A DNA stretch of 57,767 nucleotides, filler included, from Bipalium vagum (GCA_037834085.1; 3 parts of 3 records of this genome joined end to end with filler, not necessarily neighbours in it); one strand, 5' to 3'; positions 1-14,797 are shown, numbered from the whole stretch's first letter. A program made the numbers and translations. Notes: generated by a model not told the origin, from the sequence alone.

Positions 1-2029
1 ATAGGAACTATTTAGATTTTATGATTAGATTTTCTGACTGAAATTCGCTCCGCACTTAAGAAAGATCTGTCAAAACGATAAATCATTTGAGACCTCGACT
101 TCAATAATTTGAAAGGATTGGAAATTAAAGGAAATAAAACGATCGTGTTTCAGGTTCAGAGTCAAAGAAAAGATTTAGATTATCTACGATTGTCTGAAAA
201 GTTGACATTTTTTCGTTCGATTTTCATTATTTTTGAAGGGCTGATAGGGAACAGAACACTTAGCTTTCCAAATATTTTAAATATTATAATATTCGTTTTC
301 TCAACATTTCTCTTATTTATATATATTTATAATATATTTAAGATTTTTTATATTTGTATAAAGTTTTCCAGAAACATCACCACTAAAGTCAGTAATAAAT
401 TTTTAAAAATATTCTCATCATATTAATATTGATACTAAAATAATTAAAAAAAATGAATAAAAAAAATATTTTAAGAATTATTTTTTTTGTTTAAAATTAA
501 ATCGCTTGAGTTCCTTCAGAAATAAGGCTTTATACAAACAAAATTTATCAAGTCATTCAGAAAATTTAAAACATTAAAAAAATAATTGTTTTTTAATAAC
601 TATTTTCTAATTTCTCCATTTCCTCTTTATTCATATTGTTCAGGTTCTTCGGTTCAAGCAAAGTTTTTATTCTCGTTAAATCTTTAATTGATCTCAGTCT
701 ATTTAACAAGAACTCTTAAAATGGTGGATAAAAATAAAAAATATTAATGGTGAAAAAATGAAAGAAAAAACATATAATTAAACATTAATTTATAATATTA
801 AATTTTTATGGATACTTTTATAAAAATTTAATAATATTACTCCTTTCCCTTTTCAAGTTTGCGATTTATCAATATTTTTTTAAAAATCTGATTAATGGTT
901 ATTTTTATAAAATATGTTACGAACTTTTTTATCAGCTTTTCATCAATCGATAATAATATTTAACATTTAAAATTGTAATTATTTAAACAAACTTACTTTT
1001 ATACGGTTATTTTAATTTGTGATCATTAGTCAAAATTAGGAAATTACGAAGAGAATCTAGAAACGCTAAGTTATGGCTTCTCCCAATAATGCAGCCATGT
1101 GCAGATTATTGATGCATAATTAAGTATTGTGGGTCTGATGTATTCCGATTTATTTTCTTTATAGCACTTATCTTGCTCAATCTTACTTTTACTGCTTAAT
1201 TATCAGACAAAAAGTCTAAGAATTCCTAAATTTGACAAGAACTGGATTATACACCAGGTGGAAGATTTATTGATATATTAATCAGAAGATTTCTTCAATG
1301 AAACTTTTAAATTGATTGAACGGTGAAATAAATGTGTCAACAACAATGGTCGATATAATAGGTAATGATAATGAGGAATACTTAATGTTTCTGAAATATT
1401 CTTTTTCAAATAACAGTAATGTCTGGATATTTATTTCTTTTTATACTCATTACCTACTGACGTACCACGTACTGCTCAATCGCAATATACATTGCAAATG
1501 ACTAGAGTTTTTTCGGCTGATGTTTTGGTCTGATTAAACAAAAACAAAATGTAGTGGAGTCTATGCATTTAATCTACTTCCATTATTATTTCTCCAAATG
1601 AATTGGTAAAATTAAATTAATTATCAAATTAATGCTATAAATATAATCAATATTGACTTACCTAAACAAAATAAAAATTTTTAGATGTTATATTATTAAT
1701 AATATTATTTAAATTTCACAAATACATTAGCTATCTGAACTTATGCATACCCCTAATAAATATATAAATGTGAATAAAATGACGTATGTATTATTTATAA
1801 ATAAATTTATTTAAATATATAGTACTATTCTTTTATAAGCTATTTATATACAAGATGATGTAAAGTGTATTTTAATAAACAACAGAAAATCAATAATCAA
1901 TCTTTTGTAATGATATAACGATTCTTGCATATTCAGATGAATGTTATTCATTCTAAGAATTATCAAAATAATTTTTTGTTTTAATAACTTGATAATTTTC
2001 AAACAATGCTGGCACTGGACGAAAGGTTT

Positions 2030-3040
2030 CAAATCATTTTATGACAAACGAATTTTTTTCGTAAAGCTGATGCAACGTCAGTGAAAATAAATTATGAAGA
2101 GTGTACTTCCCAGTGATAAAGACACATAAATTTTACAAAAATAAAAATATGAACAAGGGTTCAGTACTGGACAAACATAGAAGTAGAAGATCACCATGTA
2201 ACAACCAAAGATTGTCTTCAATTAGAATTTTGTGTGAAGAACATTCAGAAACAACTCTCAAAGAAGCTTCATTTCAACTTAACATACAAAATTCAAAAGA
2301 AAAACTTTGTAATACAAAATGGACATGAAATTATATCATTATTCCTTAGTTCAGCAGTTATTAGAATATTTGGACAAAATCAAACTAGAAGAAATAATAA
2401 GAAACCTTGGAAGAATTTAATTTTGTAAAGAGGTGAACGAACTACTTTTCGATAAGCGTGAATATCTAAAAATTTACTCTTTTCCGTTTAGTCAATATTC
2501 AAATTAAATGGGATATTTTTGTCATTTAGGGACATGAAAATCGTCTTACTGAAAAGTAAATAAGAGCTTCACATGTTATTGTCTGGCCTAATTTTATTTT
2601 ATAATAAAATTATTGGTTCATACTTTTTTAATGGAACAGTGACTGGGTCTTTTTACTTGATGATGTTAATGGAATATCTGATTCCTACTTTAAAGGCTAA
2701 CAAAAGCTATTCCAAGAGAAAATTTCCACAAGATTGAGCATCTCCCCATTGGGGACAGCTTATCAGGAATCTTTCTAATGATAATCTCCTCAAAGATGAA
2801 TTGTACTTAATGGTTAAGTTCTGTGGCCATCCAGAAGTCCACTTATAGCATCAATGGACTATTTTCTTTGGATATTTAAAAAGCTGTACAAACATCACCC
2901 TCAATTTAAAGGTCAGTTGAAGCGACTAATAAAAGAAAAACATGGAATTAATTTTTCTTTCAATGTTAGCTGAAGTTGTGTTAATTTTGTAAACAGTTTA
3001 GATTTATATCTCAAGACTGATGGACAGCACTTATAATTGT
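2030..3040 (+). mobile_element. Degenerate Tc1/mariner-superfamily transposase (rosa/DD41D-like)
   Basis: GSVLDKHRSRR, IGSYFFNGTVTG, FPQD*ASPHW, WPSRSP...MDYFLW, DGQHL relics. Confidence 0.75.
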
Positions 3041-3979
3041 TATACAATAAATATTGGATATTTTTGTTTAGTTTCTCCTTGTTAACTGTCTTTGTTTATG
3101 AACCTATCTTATGTTGCACGGATTTAAAATAACGAAGGTACTTTACACGAAGGTAATTCCCCCGTACAATAGGTGGAATGAGTTCTGTGATTAAAGCAAA
3201 GTCGACAAGATTGAAAGACGTAATACTTTTACAATAAAATTGATAATATAATATGAACCAATGTAACAAATAAAAAGTACTTTCAGTTGAATGTTGACAA
3301 AATTTATGAAATTCGACCAGAGATGTTCTAATATTTCGCAATTAGGCTAAAATTGCAAAAAATACCATTTTGAAAATATTCTTTATGGAATCATTATTTA
3401 TAAAATTAATTTTTTAAGAATATTATCATTTCATACAAAAATATAAGCTTTTGGTAACCTTTTTATATAATATTATTTTAAATTAATTACAAATATTAGT
3501 AGAATTTCTAATTTTCATTCTTTTTTGTTTTAATTTTATTTATAATTTTTTTATATATTTCAAAAATGATACCGTATAGTAATATTAATATAAAATCGAT
3601 ATTTTGTGCTTGTTATTATTTTATTGATAATATATTGTTGATATTATTTTAGTTTTAAAATAAAAGTTTTTCACAAAACAACATTTTATTTATTATAATA
3701 TTACTTCGGTATAGGTTGCGATATTTTTCTTTCAAATTATTTACCAATTATATTTTATTAAAATTGCAATTTTTATATTAATTATATTATTTAATATATT
3801 AGGTTGTCCCGTTAAAAAATTTGAACTAGTGCAAAATATATAATTGAATATATAAACAAAGAATAAATTGCTTAACTTAAAAATTATTTCAATACTTAAT
3901 ACTTTAAGAAAAGGTTAATTTCATTAAAAAGTTGACATATTTTGAAATAAAACTATTTTTAAGTGTGGCAAAAAAGTTT

Positions 3980-4260
3980 AATCATTTCCTTCTCAATACA
4001 TTTAAGAGGGTGATTTGTTTCTTTTTCTTGTCCGGTCGTACATTTTATGGTGTGAAGCCGAATTTTCAGGGTTTATAGAAATCGGTCAACTTCTTTTTCT
4101 TCATCGAATATTATGATTAAGTCACTGAAATAGTTGAAATAGTTTTCCAATCTTTTAAGGTTTTTTTTATAGACATTGAAGTCAAAGCTCATTCTAAATG
4201 GGATCCCATAAAACCCCTTATCATTCTTTGTAAAAGGAAAAAGAGGAGATTCTTATGATT
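3980..4260 (-). mobile_element. Penelope-like reverse transcriptase relic
   Basis: Frameshifted minus-strand relics MGS(H)L, IIFDEEKEVDRFL, IKCTTGQEK, QITLLNVL resemble PLE RT motifs MGSPL...IKFT.E.E...I.FLDVL. Confidence 0.55.
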
Positions 4261-5559
4261 ACCTCCTAGGGACTAAACAATTACATTTTCTCACCTTTTC
4301 AGACAGGAAAATGATTTTAAAAATTTAATAATAAACTATAAAAATAAAAAAATATAATAATAAGATAATAAAAAAATTTTTCAAAATTAAACAGTTAAAC
4401 TGTCTGATAGGTTTTCCATGAAATAATAAAATATACCCTATATATTCGTTACTTTAGTTATGAAACAAGAAAAAATAATTTTTATTTCTTTATTATTTCT
4501 TCCTGTGTCAAGTCATTCAAAACTTTCTGAAAAATGTTACCTTTAGATGAATAAAGATAATCAAAGAACCCTAATCTCTACAATCTGTGGTTGTCTGAAA
4601 TTCTGTGATAATATTCAATATGGAGGTGTTGGTTGTGTATCCAACCAACATTTGAAGAGGCATAATCTTTTTTAAAGATCTGCTTCAAACAAAAAAGTGA
4701 AGAAGCTTTAGAGAGTATAAATAATGTATATTTTATTAATAAAGTCAGTGACATTCAACAAGACCATATGTTGGAGCAGAATCGACTCTACCTCTCCTAG
4801 ATTGACCTAAGCCTTGTTCTTTCATTGTTTTTTCAAACAATATTTGATCCGATTCTTCAATTTTTCAAGTTTTTGGGCTTTTCAATTGTTCTCGTAGACC
4901 AATCCGATTAGAATACCCTAAGCTCTTCATTTGGGCGAATTTCAGGTACTTCTGGTAGAAAAATATTCTTATTTTGAAATAATATTAAAAAAAAATAATT
5001 TTGAAATTCGACGCAGATTTTTAAAAGGTCAAATTATGGTGAAGAAGAGGAATGGTCCATGTTGAATTAAATGTTGAAGATCAACCTCGTGTTCTTTGAA
5101 AGAAGAAGTGGAATGTCTTCATCATTAAAACTGCTGATCCACATATTTATGTTCCACTTCTTTGAAGGTATTTTAACAACCTTTACGAAGCTTGACTTTT
5201 TCTTCGCTCTTTTTCTTATCAGATAATCTTAATCGTTCAAAGTTTTGTTTTAATCTATATTACATTTTATATTGTTACTTCTGAAACTGCAAAAGATTTC
5301 CGAATGATTGTTTTATGGAGATAAAATTTTTTTCATTAATTTTTAATTTTTCTTGATTTTTCGGAAAAAAAATATTATCAAATATATTATTTATAACTTA
5401 TAAAAGCATAATAATGTTTTTTAATTATCAAATTTACCATAAAAAGTGTTAAATTTTTAATTTTAATAATTAATTCTAAAATATTTATTTATTAAGAAAA
5501 TATTTAAAAATGACATAATAAAAGATTTTTTCTGTTTTTTCTTATAATTAATAAAATAT

Positions 5560-6290
5560 TTTAATTTAATAATTTAATTTAATGATTAAATGAATTTAAT
5601 AAATTTAATTTTAATAAACTAATAAATTTATTTTTATAATTTGAAAAAATTGATTTAATAATTTAATAAATATAATAATTAAATAAATTTTTAAAAAATA
5701 TAATAAAAATATAATAAAAATAATTTAATAAATAATTTAATTAATAAATATAATTAATAAATTTAATTCAATAGTTCAATTTAATTTAATTATTTAATTT
5801 AATTTAATTATTTAATTTAATTTAATAATTTAATAAATTTAATTTAATAATTTAATAAATTTAATGTAATAAATTTAATTTTCATAATTTAATAAATTTG
5901 ATTTAATAATTGAATAAATATAATAATTAAATAAATTTAATAAAAAAATATAATAAAAAAAATTAATAAGTAATTTAATAAATAAATTTAATTAATAAAT
6001 TTAATTCAATAATTCAATTTAATTTAATTATTTAATTTAATTTAATTTAATTTAATAATTTAATTTAGTAATGTAATAAATTTAATTTAATAATGTAATA
6101 AATTTAATTTAATAATTTAATAAATTTAATTTAAAAATAGAATGGATTTAATTTTAATAATTTAATTAATTTAATTTAATAATTTAATAAATTTAATTTA
6201 ATATTGTAATGAATTTAATTTTAATAATTTAATAAATTTAATTTAATAACTTAAATAATAAAATTAATTAATTATTATTATAATAATACT
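5560..6290. repeat. Almost pure A/T low-complexity satellite (AATTT/AATAAATTT units) with a ~250-bp higher-order duplication
   Basis: Block TTGATTTAATAATT...TTCAATTTAATTTAATTATT occurs at ~5650 and again at ~5898. Confidence 0.85.
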
Positions 6291-7379
6291 AAATGTACAT
6301 GTAATAAAATATTCGTAGAAAAGATTAAATTTTAATTTTTTTTAGTGAATTTCATAAAGATTGAAGATTCATGGCCTTCTGCTACCATTTCCTTTAGTAA
6401 GAGTTTTGAATGTATAATGGAGTCTGGACTCATTTTGATCCCCGACTATTATGGAATTATCCCTTCCGTTTCCCTTGGTCTTAAGAAAATGAAACGTAGG
6501 ACATTTCACATTTGCTCCCTGCGAAACCTGAATGGTATCATTAAAATACTGTGGGGTTTATAAATTAGGGTTCAACTTCCTTGTACCTAATATCTTTCCC
6601 TTTTGATGTCTCTCACATACAGTGGATATAAACAAATAAATCAGTTTGATAATATATTTCAGTTTAAATATTATAATACGCTCATATTCCGATTTATTTA
6701 TTTATTTATATTATTTATTTTTAAAACATAAAACAGTTAAAATCACTTTTGGGAATTTATATGGCAGACGAGAAGGTTATCAACTGAAAAATGGTTCTTT
6801 TTGCTATAAAATAACGAAGGTGGGTGACGTTATTAACGTTACGAATATTTAGATAGACATTCGGTCTTCCTCCGATTTGAGAATCCAAAATTAGTTGGAA
6901 AGAAAGCCACTTTACCCAGACAACCTTATATCCCTTAAACATTTGAACTCGTTTCACATTTCCTACATTTCCCCTGACATGTGCCATCTGACCATTGCTT
7001 GCTTCGCTCATTTTCGTCAGTGAAATAAATAATGTAACAACTCTGAAAAATGTAAAATCTGGCCTGGAATAGTTTGAATACCTTGAAAGAAGGGTTTCCA
7101 AAGATTAATTAGACATGTATCACGGGAATTGGTTCAAATTGATCCATGAACAAACATCCAAAATGAAGTCACAAGGTATGTTTAAGTACTGTGACATTAA
7201 ATTTTTATTTCTAGTGGCTGTGAAAGTCATTTTATTTATATGTATTAAGTTGTTTTATAAGATTTTTCGTTTTTCATTAACGTATATAAATATTTAAAAA
7301 TATCATCATGTATTAAAATCAATGAAATCAATTCAAGTTGTTTATTTTTTCATATCGTCTAATTAAGTATTCGTAAATT

Positions 7380-7700
7380 AAGGACGATCGCTTTGGAAGG
7401 AAAAAAGGAATGATCAATTGACAGAAGACCGTGTTCAAAATTGTTTTCTTTTTAAATTCCGTAAAGCAAAAAAAGGCTACAAATTAAATTCCATCATCAA
7501 TATTTTCCAGATATAATTACGTTTCATTTTTGGATTTGGTTGTAACTGGGAATAAAAAGTTGATTGCATACGACAAAAGCAATGTTTTTCTTGTGGCCAA
7601 ACTTCAATATGAACAATAAAGTTCAATTTTAGTGGAAGGAAACTGATTTTATACGTTTATTGGGGATTTACTGATGTCATTCATTATAAACTACTACACG
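7380..7700 (+). mobile_element. Mariner relic
   Basis: FLDLVVTGNKKLIAYD resembles FLDRIVTGDEKWILYD. Confidence 0.6.
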
Positions 7701-7726
7701 TTTGTCTCACTCTGATCGGATAACTA

Positions 7727-8330
7727 ACGGGTGTTCACTTGAAAATTGAAATAGTTGAAAATATACATTTGATTACAAACGCTTTATAAAAGTTAGTAGT
7801 TAAGTTTTTGTAATATTGATAAATAAGCATCTATTTATTTAATACGCTTTGTAGCAATTTTTTCAAATCTGAAGTCAATGTAGCATTTTAAAGAAGAGGA
7901 TCGCAGATCAGTAATTGTACGATACATTATCGATCATCCCGAGGCTTCGACATACAGCATTGCTCAATATTTTGCCCAACTTAACATTTTTAAATTTAGT
8001 GTCTATAACATCATCAAGAACTATAAAGAGGCAACTCAGGAAAACAAGCTAAAAATGACTCCACAAATGAAGAAAAAATTATTTGGTGACGCAACTGCAA
8101 ACAAAGGCCTGTCTCTAAAAGAAATGTCAACAAAATTTGACATTTCTCTTGGCTACGTTAATAAAATGTTGAAGGAAGAGGGCATCTCAGCCTATAAGAA
8201 ACAAAAAAAGCCTCATGCAACTGAGAAGCAATTTTTTTCTCAGAAGCTGCGCATCGGTCGCTCTATAGAAAGGTTTTATCAATGGGTGACTGAAACCCCT
8301 ATTTTGTTCTTGATTCTTGTAAAAAATTAG
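7727..8330 (+). mobile_element. Tc1/maT-like element, 5' end with TIR start and HTH region
   Basis: TA+ACGGGTG terminus; SLKEMSTKFDISLGYVNKMLKEEGISAYKKQKKP helix-turn-helix region. Confidence 0.65.
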
Positions 8331-9339
8331 GCAGGTTAGATGAGAAATTCGACTGTCCAGACCTGATGTCATACCTTCTGATTATTATCTTTTCAGATAA
8401 ATTCAACAAGACTTAGGTGGTATAAGACTCTCTTCCTTAGAAGTTGCAAAAAAAGCATCGATTACTTATTCAACAGGAAAACCCTAGGATTTTATAAATC
8501 AGGGATAATAAAACTGTTTGTAAAAGGAGACTTGTAATTGAAAGTGATAGATAAACTTTAAATAAATGAAATCTTTCGTTTAGTTGGTTTATAATTTTAA
8601 AATGTTAATAAAAAAACCAAAACTTATGAAACGACCTAAATAAGTCCTATTTCAAATGTTTGCTTATTTAAAACAAATTCAAATTATTGACAGTTATCTA
8701 ATGTCAAATTTTATGGTTGTCATTCATAAAACGTAGATTTCACTTAAATTTTCGATTCCACAAGCTTTTTCAGCAACCAACGTAGAAAATATAATTGTTA
8801 AAATGGTATATTTCTTTAATTTATAAGATTTCCGAAATTTTAATCATAATAAATTAAATTTAAAATTTTGCCAAGCAACCTCAAAATTTTGTGCAACAGC
8901 CAAATGGAAAGATTCAAATCAATTCAAAACAAATTTGCTGGTAATAAAAACACCACAAGGGAATCAAAGCTTAAAATTGAAATCAAATCCAACTTTACTT
9001 AATCTTGATAATATTTTATGTGAAAATTATGATATATATACCAAAGGTTTTATACAGCTTTTTGAGAAAATAAAAAACAGATATTATTCCCTAATTTTTA
9101 AGTGGTTTTATTATCTTTGTCAAACGTAGATTTTTGTCATTGTTGTTTTTTCTATTTTAAATATTAAACATAAAAGCAAAATTCGTTAATAATAGAATAA
9201 ATTGTAAAAGAAATGTTCTTATTACATTTGAATGATAATTATATATTTATTAGGATCAGCTGCACAATGCGTACCACGTTGTTTAAATACTACAAGGTCA
9301 TTGTTGTTAATGAAAACAATTACTGAAATTATAAATTGT

Positions 9340-9890
9340 TTTTAGTTTCTTTGGTGAATCCAAAAGCACTATACATGGACATTTACACAAGCTTTAATTT
9401 TCCAGGAAAGCACTAAAAGGAAGTCCACATGAATTAATAATTTCACAAACCGATCACAGAAAATTTATTTACAATTAATTTCTAGAAAATCATCTTTATG
9501 ATAGTTTCTGGAGACAGATCATGACTGGGGATGAGAAATGGATATTTTTGAACAATAATGCCAAAAAAGTCTGTTGGCAATAAGCCGTTGCGAGTGCCAA
9601 AAATGGATTGATGTGGAAAAAAGATTTTGTTAAGCGTATGGTGGAATTTTGAGGAAATTATCCATTTAAGCTGGTTCAAGAGGTAACTCATTGAATGCTA
9701 AGTTGTATGCAGAACAGCTATGATGTTTTTAAAATGCGTCATTCAAATTTAATAAACAGAAAACGCGTTTTGTTGTCACATGCTCTTGTGAATCGAACTC
9801 ATTTGAGCACATCTCAAATTCAAACTGTTCATGGTTTACAATTACTTTCACATCCACTATACGTAGGGCTTTCAGACTTGCTATGATACG
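9340..9890 (+). mobile_element. Mariner catalytic-domain relic
   Basis: IMTGDEKWIF, KKILLSVWWN, LLSHPLY. Confidence 0.75.
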
Positions 9891-9899
9891 ACTAAAAAT

Positions 9900-10340
9900 A
9901 ACCCTATTTATTGCATAATAATACAGATTTTGAAATTTTAAGTCCCTTTTTTATGTGATTTGTTCAATAAATGCGGAACCCATATCTGACTTTTTAACCT
10001 TACCAATCTGTTTTAAAAGTCTTATTTATCTTGAGACTACCAATTAATGTTTTATCAAGATCCGGAAAGATTTGACTTGAATTTATTTTCATTACAATCA
10101 ATAAATTAGCATTTTCAATGAAGCTTCTGGACCTTCCAGGTTTTTGTTTGATCGGCTTTTATCACTTTTCAAAGTCCACCTACCACCGCTTAATGGTTTG
10201 TTCATTATCTGTAACTTTTTCCGAAAACCAAATTAATGTCTTCAGCAGCTTCTGAAACAGCACACCGTTATTTCCATTCCGATAAGTAAATTATGCGGAT
10301 TTCGTTGTTTATCAGTTTGTGTGCAGTCCATGATGTTTTC
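9900..10340 (-). mobile_element. Mariner N-terminal relic
   Basis: Minus-strand HTH-region relics and a WVPH-like motif near 9980. Confidence 0.55.
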
Positions 10341-11210
10341 TAAGAATCGACTGAAATAGTTAAACAAATGTAAAATACCATTTTTTAGCACGAGGATTTC
10401 AAAATTCAATAGAATTTATTTCAGCAGCTTTAAATGGTTGAAAAACACTTACAAAACTTAACCATTGAACAACCCCCAGTTAACAACCCCGAATCTGAAA
10501 CGAATATTTTAAAATAAATTTCTGTTTGAAATGACCAAGTAGTATTTTTTCAAGGAACTTACCACTCTCACGTAACTACGAATCCTTTGCACTCAATGAA
10601 CTATTTCGCATTATGTTACTTTAAAATTGGCCAAGAACGAAATTTTAATGGACCTTTAATTCTGATACCATAGTTAGAAATAGTTAAAAAACCCTACACA
10701 AATAATGAAACTTCGTATTATCTGTTGCCCACTTCTTTAATCTATTTTCAGATCTCAACGATTTAGGGGCAGTTCAATGGAAAAAATCCATTGTGATAAT
10801 ACTTCGCTGTCGACATTGCAAAAATCGTGAGTTGGTCAGAATTTGATATTCAGAGATTGGATTTTCTGAGATCTGACCGTAACTTTGAAGTCATCACGGT
10901 TGATTGAACGAAATTTACACCTTTGCAACTCTGAGATGCAACTTGAACAGTCTTAATTTTCATTGTCATAAAATTATAAATAATTTTAAAATATTTAAAT
11001 TCTTTTTAATTTCTTATTCTTTTTTATAAAAAAAATCAATTCATAATGTCCAAAGATTTGCAAATAAATCAAACGTAAAAGCAAACGGTTTTGTTTGAAA
11101 TTATTGGGTGGGAAATGTTTTCTTGTATATTACTTTAACATTGAAATCGATTAAAAGTTTTATTTAAACCTCACATGAACATTTTCATCACTGAAAAATT
11201 ATCAATAATA

Positions 11211-11832
11211 TTTGGTTGTCTAAAAAGTTTCAGCTGATTACAGCAATATAAAAAACGTAAGAATACTAAGATAATTTTAGGATTTTATTAAACTACATTT
11301 GGACCATCTTGATCGACAATGTCTTGAAATTTCTTTGGTAAAGCTAGAATTCAATCGCTGAAGAACTTCTCTGATTTTTGCTGAAAACCATTAGATAAGT
11401 GGTTTTTGGTGTTTTCCTTTGAATTCAATTTTACTCCATCAAGGAGGTTCTGCATTGAATGAAACAAATGATAGTCTGACGGTGCAATATCAAGACTATA
11501 TGGAGAATACTTTCCAATCAAGGTCCTTCAATTTTTTCTGAGTCATCAATGGCAAATGTGGTCTTGCGTTTTCAACGCTTTTCTTATTGATCAATTCTGG
11601 CAGACTTATTGCAATTGCCTGCTGCACTGAAATTACTTTTTTTATTTATGTTAATTTCTAATTATAATTAAGTTTTTATTCATTAATAAAGTGCCAGACT
11701 TCTTTAAGCAATTTGAATGCTGTGATTATTATTTTCATATAATTGAAATATTTAAACAATATCAATATAAATATCTTTAGATTTTTTTCGTTGCCTATTC
11801 ATAAATTAGCGGAAACTTTTTAGACAACCCAA
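11211..11832 (-). mobile_element. Internally deleted mariner (622 bp) with both TIRs
   Basis: 29-bp TIRs with 3 mismatches (TTTGGTTGTCTAAAAAGTTTCAGCTGATT and its inverted copy ending 11832), TA flanks; minus strand encodes PYSLDIAPSDYHLFHSMQN. Confidence 0.92.
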
Positions 11833-13569
11833 TATTTTATATAACTGGTTGGCCAACGTGAGATGCGTCTTTGATATTGAATATTCCGGGTGTAAAACAA
11901 TTAAACTAATATAGTGCTTCTCTTACATATCCAACAACGGATCCATAAATTAATTACTCGGATGTAGCTTTGTGTCACTGAAGTTTACCACATTTACCAT
12001 TGATCGGAATATGTCTCTTCTCGTACTGTCTCTAGACGGTCTAAGTCCAGCTCATGTTTCCTATTAGTAGACTTAAGAATTCTGCTTTGCAATGATAGAA
12101 AGATAGTATCTAAGAAAGTGTTGAACGATATTGTAATTCAATTTTAAGAGATATCGACTTTCTTCTTTTGATGTTGTAATTATTACTGACGAATATTTTA
12201 TAAAAATTGGTAAAAATTTAAACACGTACCAAATTTTAGAAATATTCGTACTTACCACGCATTACGAGAATATTTAAACAAATCCTTATTTTAATATATC
12301 AACTTAAAACATTAAAATTTAATTAAATATAATATTCAATTACAATGCTTTTATAAACGACTTAAACTTCTTTGCCGACCCAATATTAAGTACAAATTTA
12401 TAATACTGAGTTTTTAAAAGATATTTTTTGAACCAGCTCCTTTTCTAGGAAAAATCAACTTAAGGCTCCCTTGATTAATTTAATAACGGATAATCATGAT
12501 CCAGAGAGCCAGGACAGTAATCGGATTAACAGTTGGTACGGCTCCCTTTGCAGAGCGACTAAATCAACAGGACGCAAACATAGTTTTGTGGGAATTTGAA
12601 ATTTTCGAAATCATGTTATTGATTTCTCTTCTATACTTAATCATTATATGAAAAATCCCAGATGGTATTAAGTATATGTCGATAAATAAACAGACCCATT
12701 AATGCGCCAGTTGGTGTGAGGAGAAATAAATTCCAACATTGTGACTGTCAAACGTATTTTGTGGACATCGACAATACATTAGGGAGAATAATTTTGTTGT
12801 GGGATAATTTTCCATTTCAATTGTCGTTTCGGGTTCTGTTCCTCGTGCTCGAAATACAGAACCGAGACTTTCAATGAAAACGGGAAATATTATATTATAC
12901 AAAATTGTCTTCTTTAACAATGCCCCTTTTGGTAATTAATGTCCTATATGCAGCGCATTCTCAACAGCAAATTTCTTTTTCCTTAAGTTTTTTCCGTAGA
13001 AGTTTTCTTTTCTTTTCATTTTAAACAAACTTTCAAAAGTTATGTAATTGCTTCGTTGAGATCTCGACATATTTCTCATTTGCTGAATGAAAAGTTTTTA
13101 CAAATATTTTTTGTATTAATTAGGAAAATTTTATCTATTTATCCTTCACATTAAAACAATTATTAATATCATAATAAGAATTATTATTATAAAAATAATT
13201 TTAAATGTTTATTTAAAATTAATTAATTTGAAATTAATATTCTAAAATAATAAAAAATTCAGTGTAATAAAATATTTTTTAAAAATATCTAATTAAAGTA
13301 TAGAAATATAAAATTAAATTAAAGAGCACGATAATTAAGAAATTTACTGATTAATATTTTTAGAAAAACCATTCTTGTTTAAATATTAGAAATTGAGGTG
13401 GTGAATTTGCAAAATTTGTTATCAAAATAGATTATTAAAAATTCTTTGTCATATCTAAAGATATTGCAATCACTAATAATGATAATAATAATAATTATTA
13501 TTATTAGTAGTAGAATTACTAGTACTACTTTAATAATAAAGTTTTTCAATGTCACAAACCATACTTAAC

Positions 13570-14010
13570 TAACATTTTCATTATTTGACCTATTCAAGTG
13601 TGGAACCTTTCAATGTTATCAAAAGATTCTTAATCTCTTCTTGTAGAATGAGCCATACTTAAGATTCACAAAAGATATTTGGTTTATATATCGTTTCTCC
13701 AAGAAGGTTCTTAATATTTTTTTCAAGTCCCGAATCAAGATATCTGCTTGAACTATATCATAATATACAGCATGGCAGATTGACAGAATTGATACCGAGG
13801 GAAATTTGTTTGAATGTGATGAAAGCATAAAAATACGAACACCACCAATGTTTGAAAGGCTTGGATGAGGTTTCCAAATCAGTCTTCTGAATAACACAGA
13901 AAAATGTGAGAATTGATTGACGATATCGATCCGGATAAAGAATCAATTGGTTTTCAAAGAAATAAAAACTGATCCAGCAAATATTTAATACATGAGATAT
14001 CTTTATTAGC
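13570..14010 (+). mobile_element. Possible Penelope GIY-YIG endonuclease relic
   Basis: LFKCGTFQCY, EHxPMFERLG and LVFKEIKLIQQ fragments occur in the expected order; heavily decayed. Confidence 0.4.
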
Positions 14011-14665
14011 TTTTTCTTTTGTTAATAAATTTTTACATTTTTAAAAAGAAAAACCGGTACGGTTGTGTTCGTAAATAGAACGGGTTTAAATGTAAAGGGT
14101 ACTCAAATTATTTTTGTGTATGTCAGGTGTTTTCTCACATCAAATAGAATTAAAGGTCGCCACTTTGTTTATCTATATTATTCACGTGATTAGTAATTGA
14201 ACTAATTTTAAATTACAAAGACTATCCGATTTAATATGGAATAAAGGTTTAATGTTACTTTGAAAATCGATATTTAATAATTTTATCAAATCTAACTTAT
14301 TTTAAAATCTTCTCTTTTATGAAAATTCCATTATGCCAAAGGAAATGAAGTATAATAAAAGAAAGATCCAAGACTTAATATTACAACCGATAATAATAAT
14401 ATATGTTATTTATTTCCCTTAATTTATCGCGCTACTGCTAATCAATCTTATCAAGACTAACCATCATGAAATATATTGAAACATGAGAGACGAATGAAAT
14501 GATCCCCAAACCACCTGTAGCTGTTCGTACAAGATCAAACTGTCAAAAATAATTATTTTTGAAATTGGATGATTTTCTCATCAAACTTTTCAAGATCAAT
14601 AAAGTTTATTAATTAATTATTTTATTAATTTATATTTTTCAACAATTAAATGATTTTAGTTTCAC

Positions 14666-14797
14666 NNNNNNNNNNNNNNNNNNNNNNNNNNNNNNNNNNN
14701 NNNNNNNNNNNNNNNNNNNNNNNNNNNNNNNNNNNNNNNNNNNNNNNNNNNNNNNNNNNNNNNNNNNNNNNNNNNNNNNNNNNNNNNNNNNNNNNNN
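14666..14797. other. Assembly gap
   Basis: Run of N. Confidence 1.

Noticed and set aside
1040-1200. LINE RT C-terminal relic (YIRPTILNYASII), and a similar weak LINE-like piece at 51830-51890
   Set aside because: Single short motifs, too weak to annotate.
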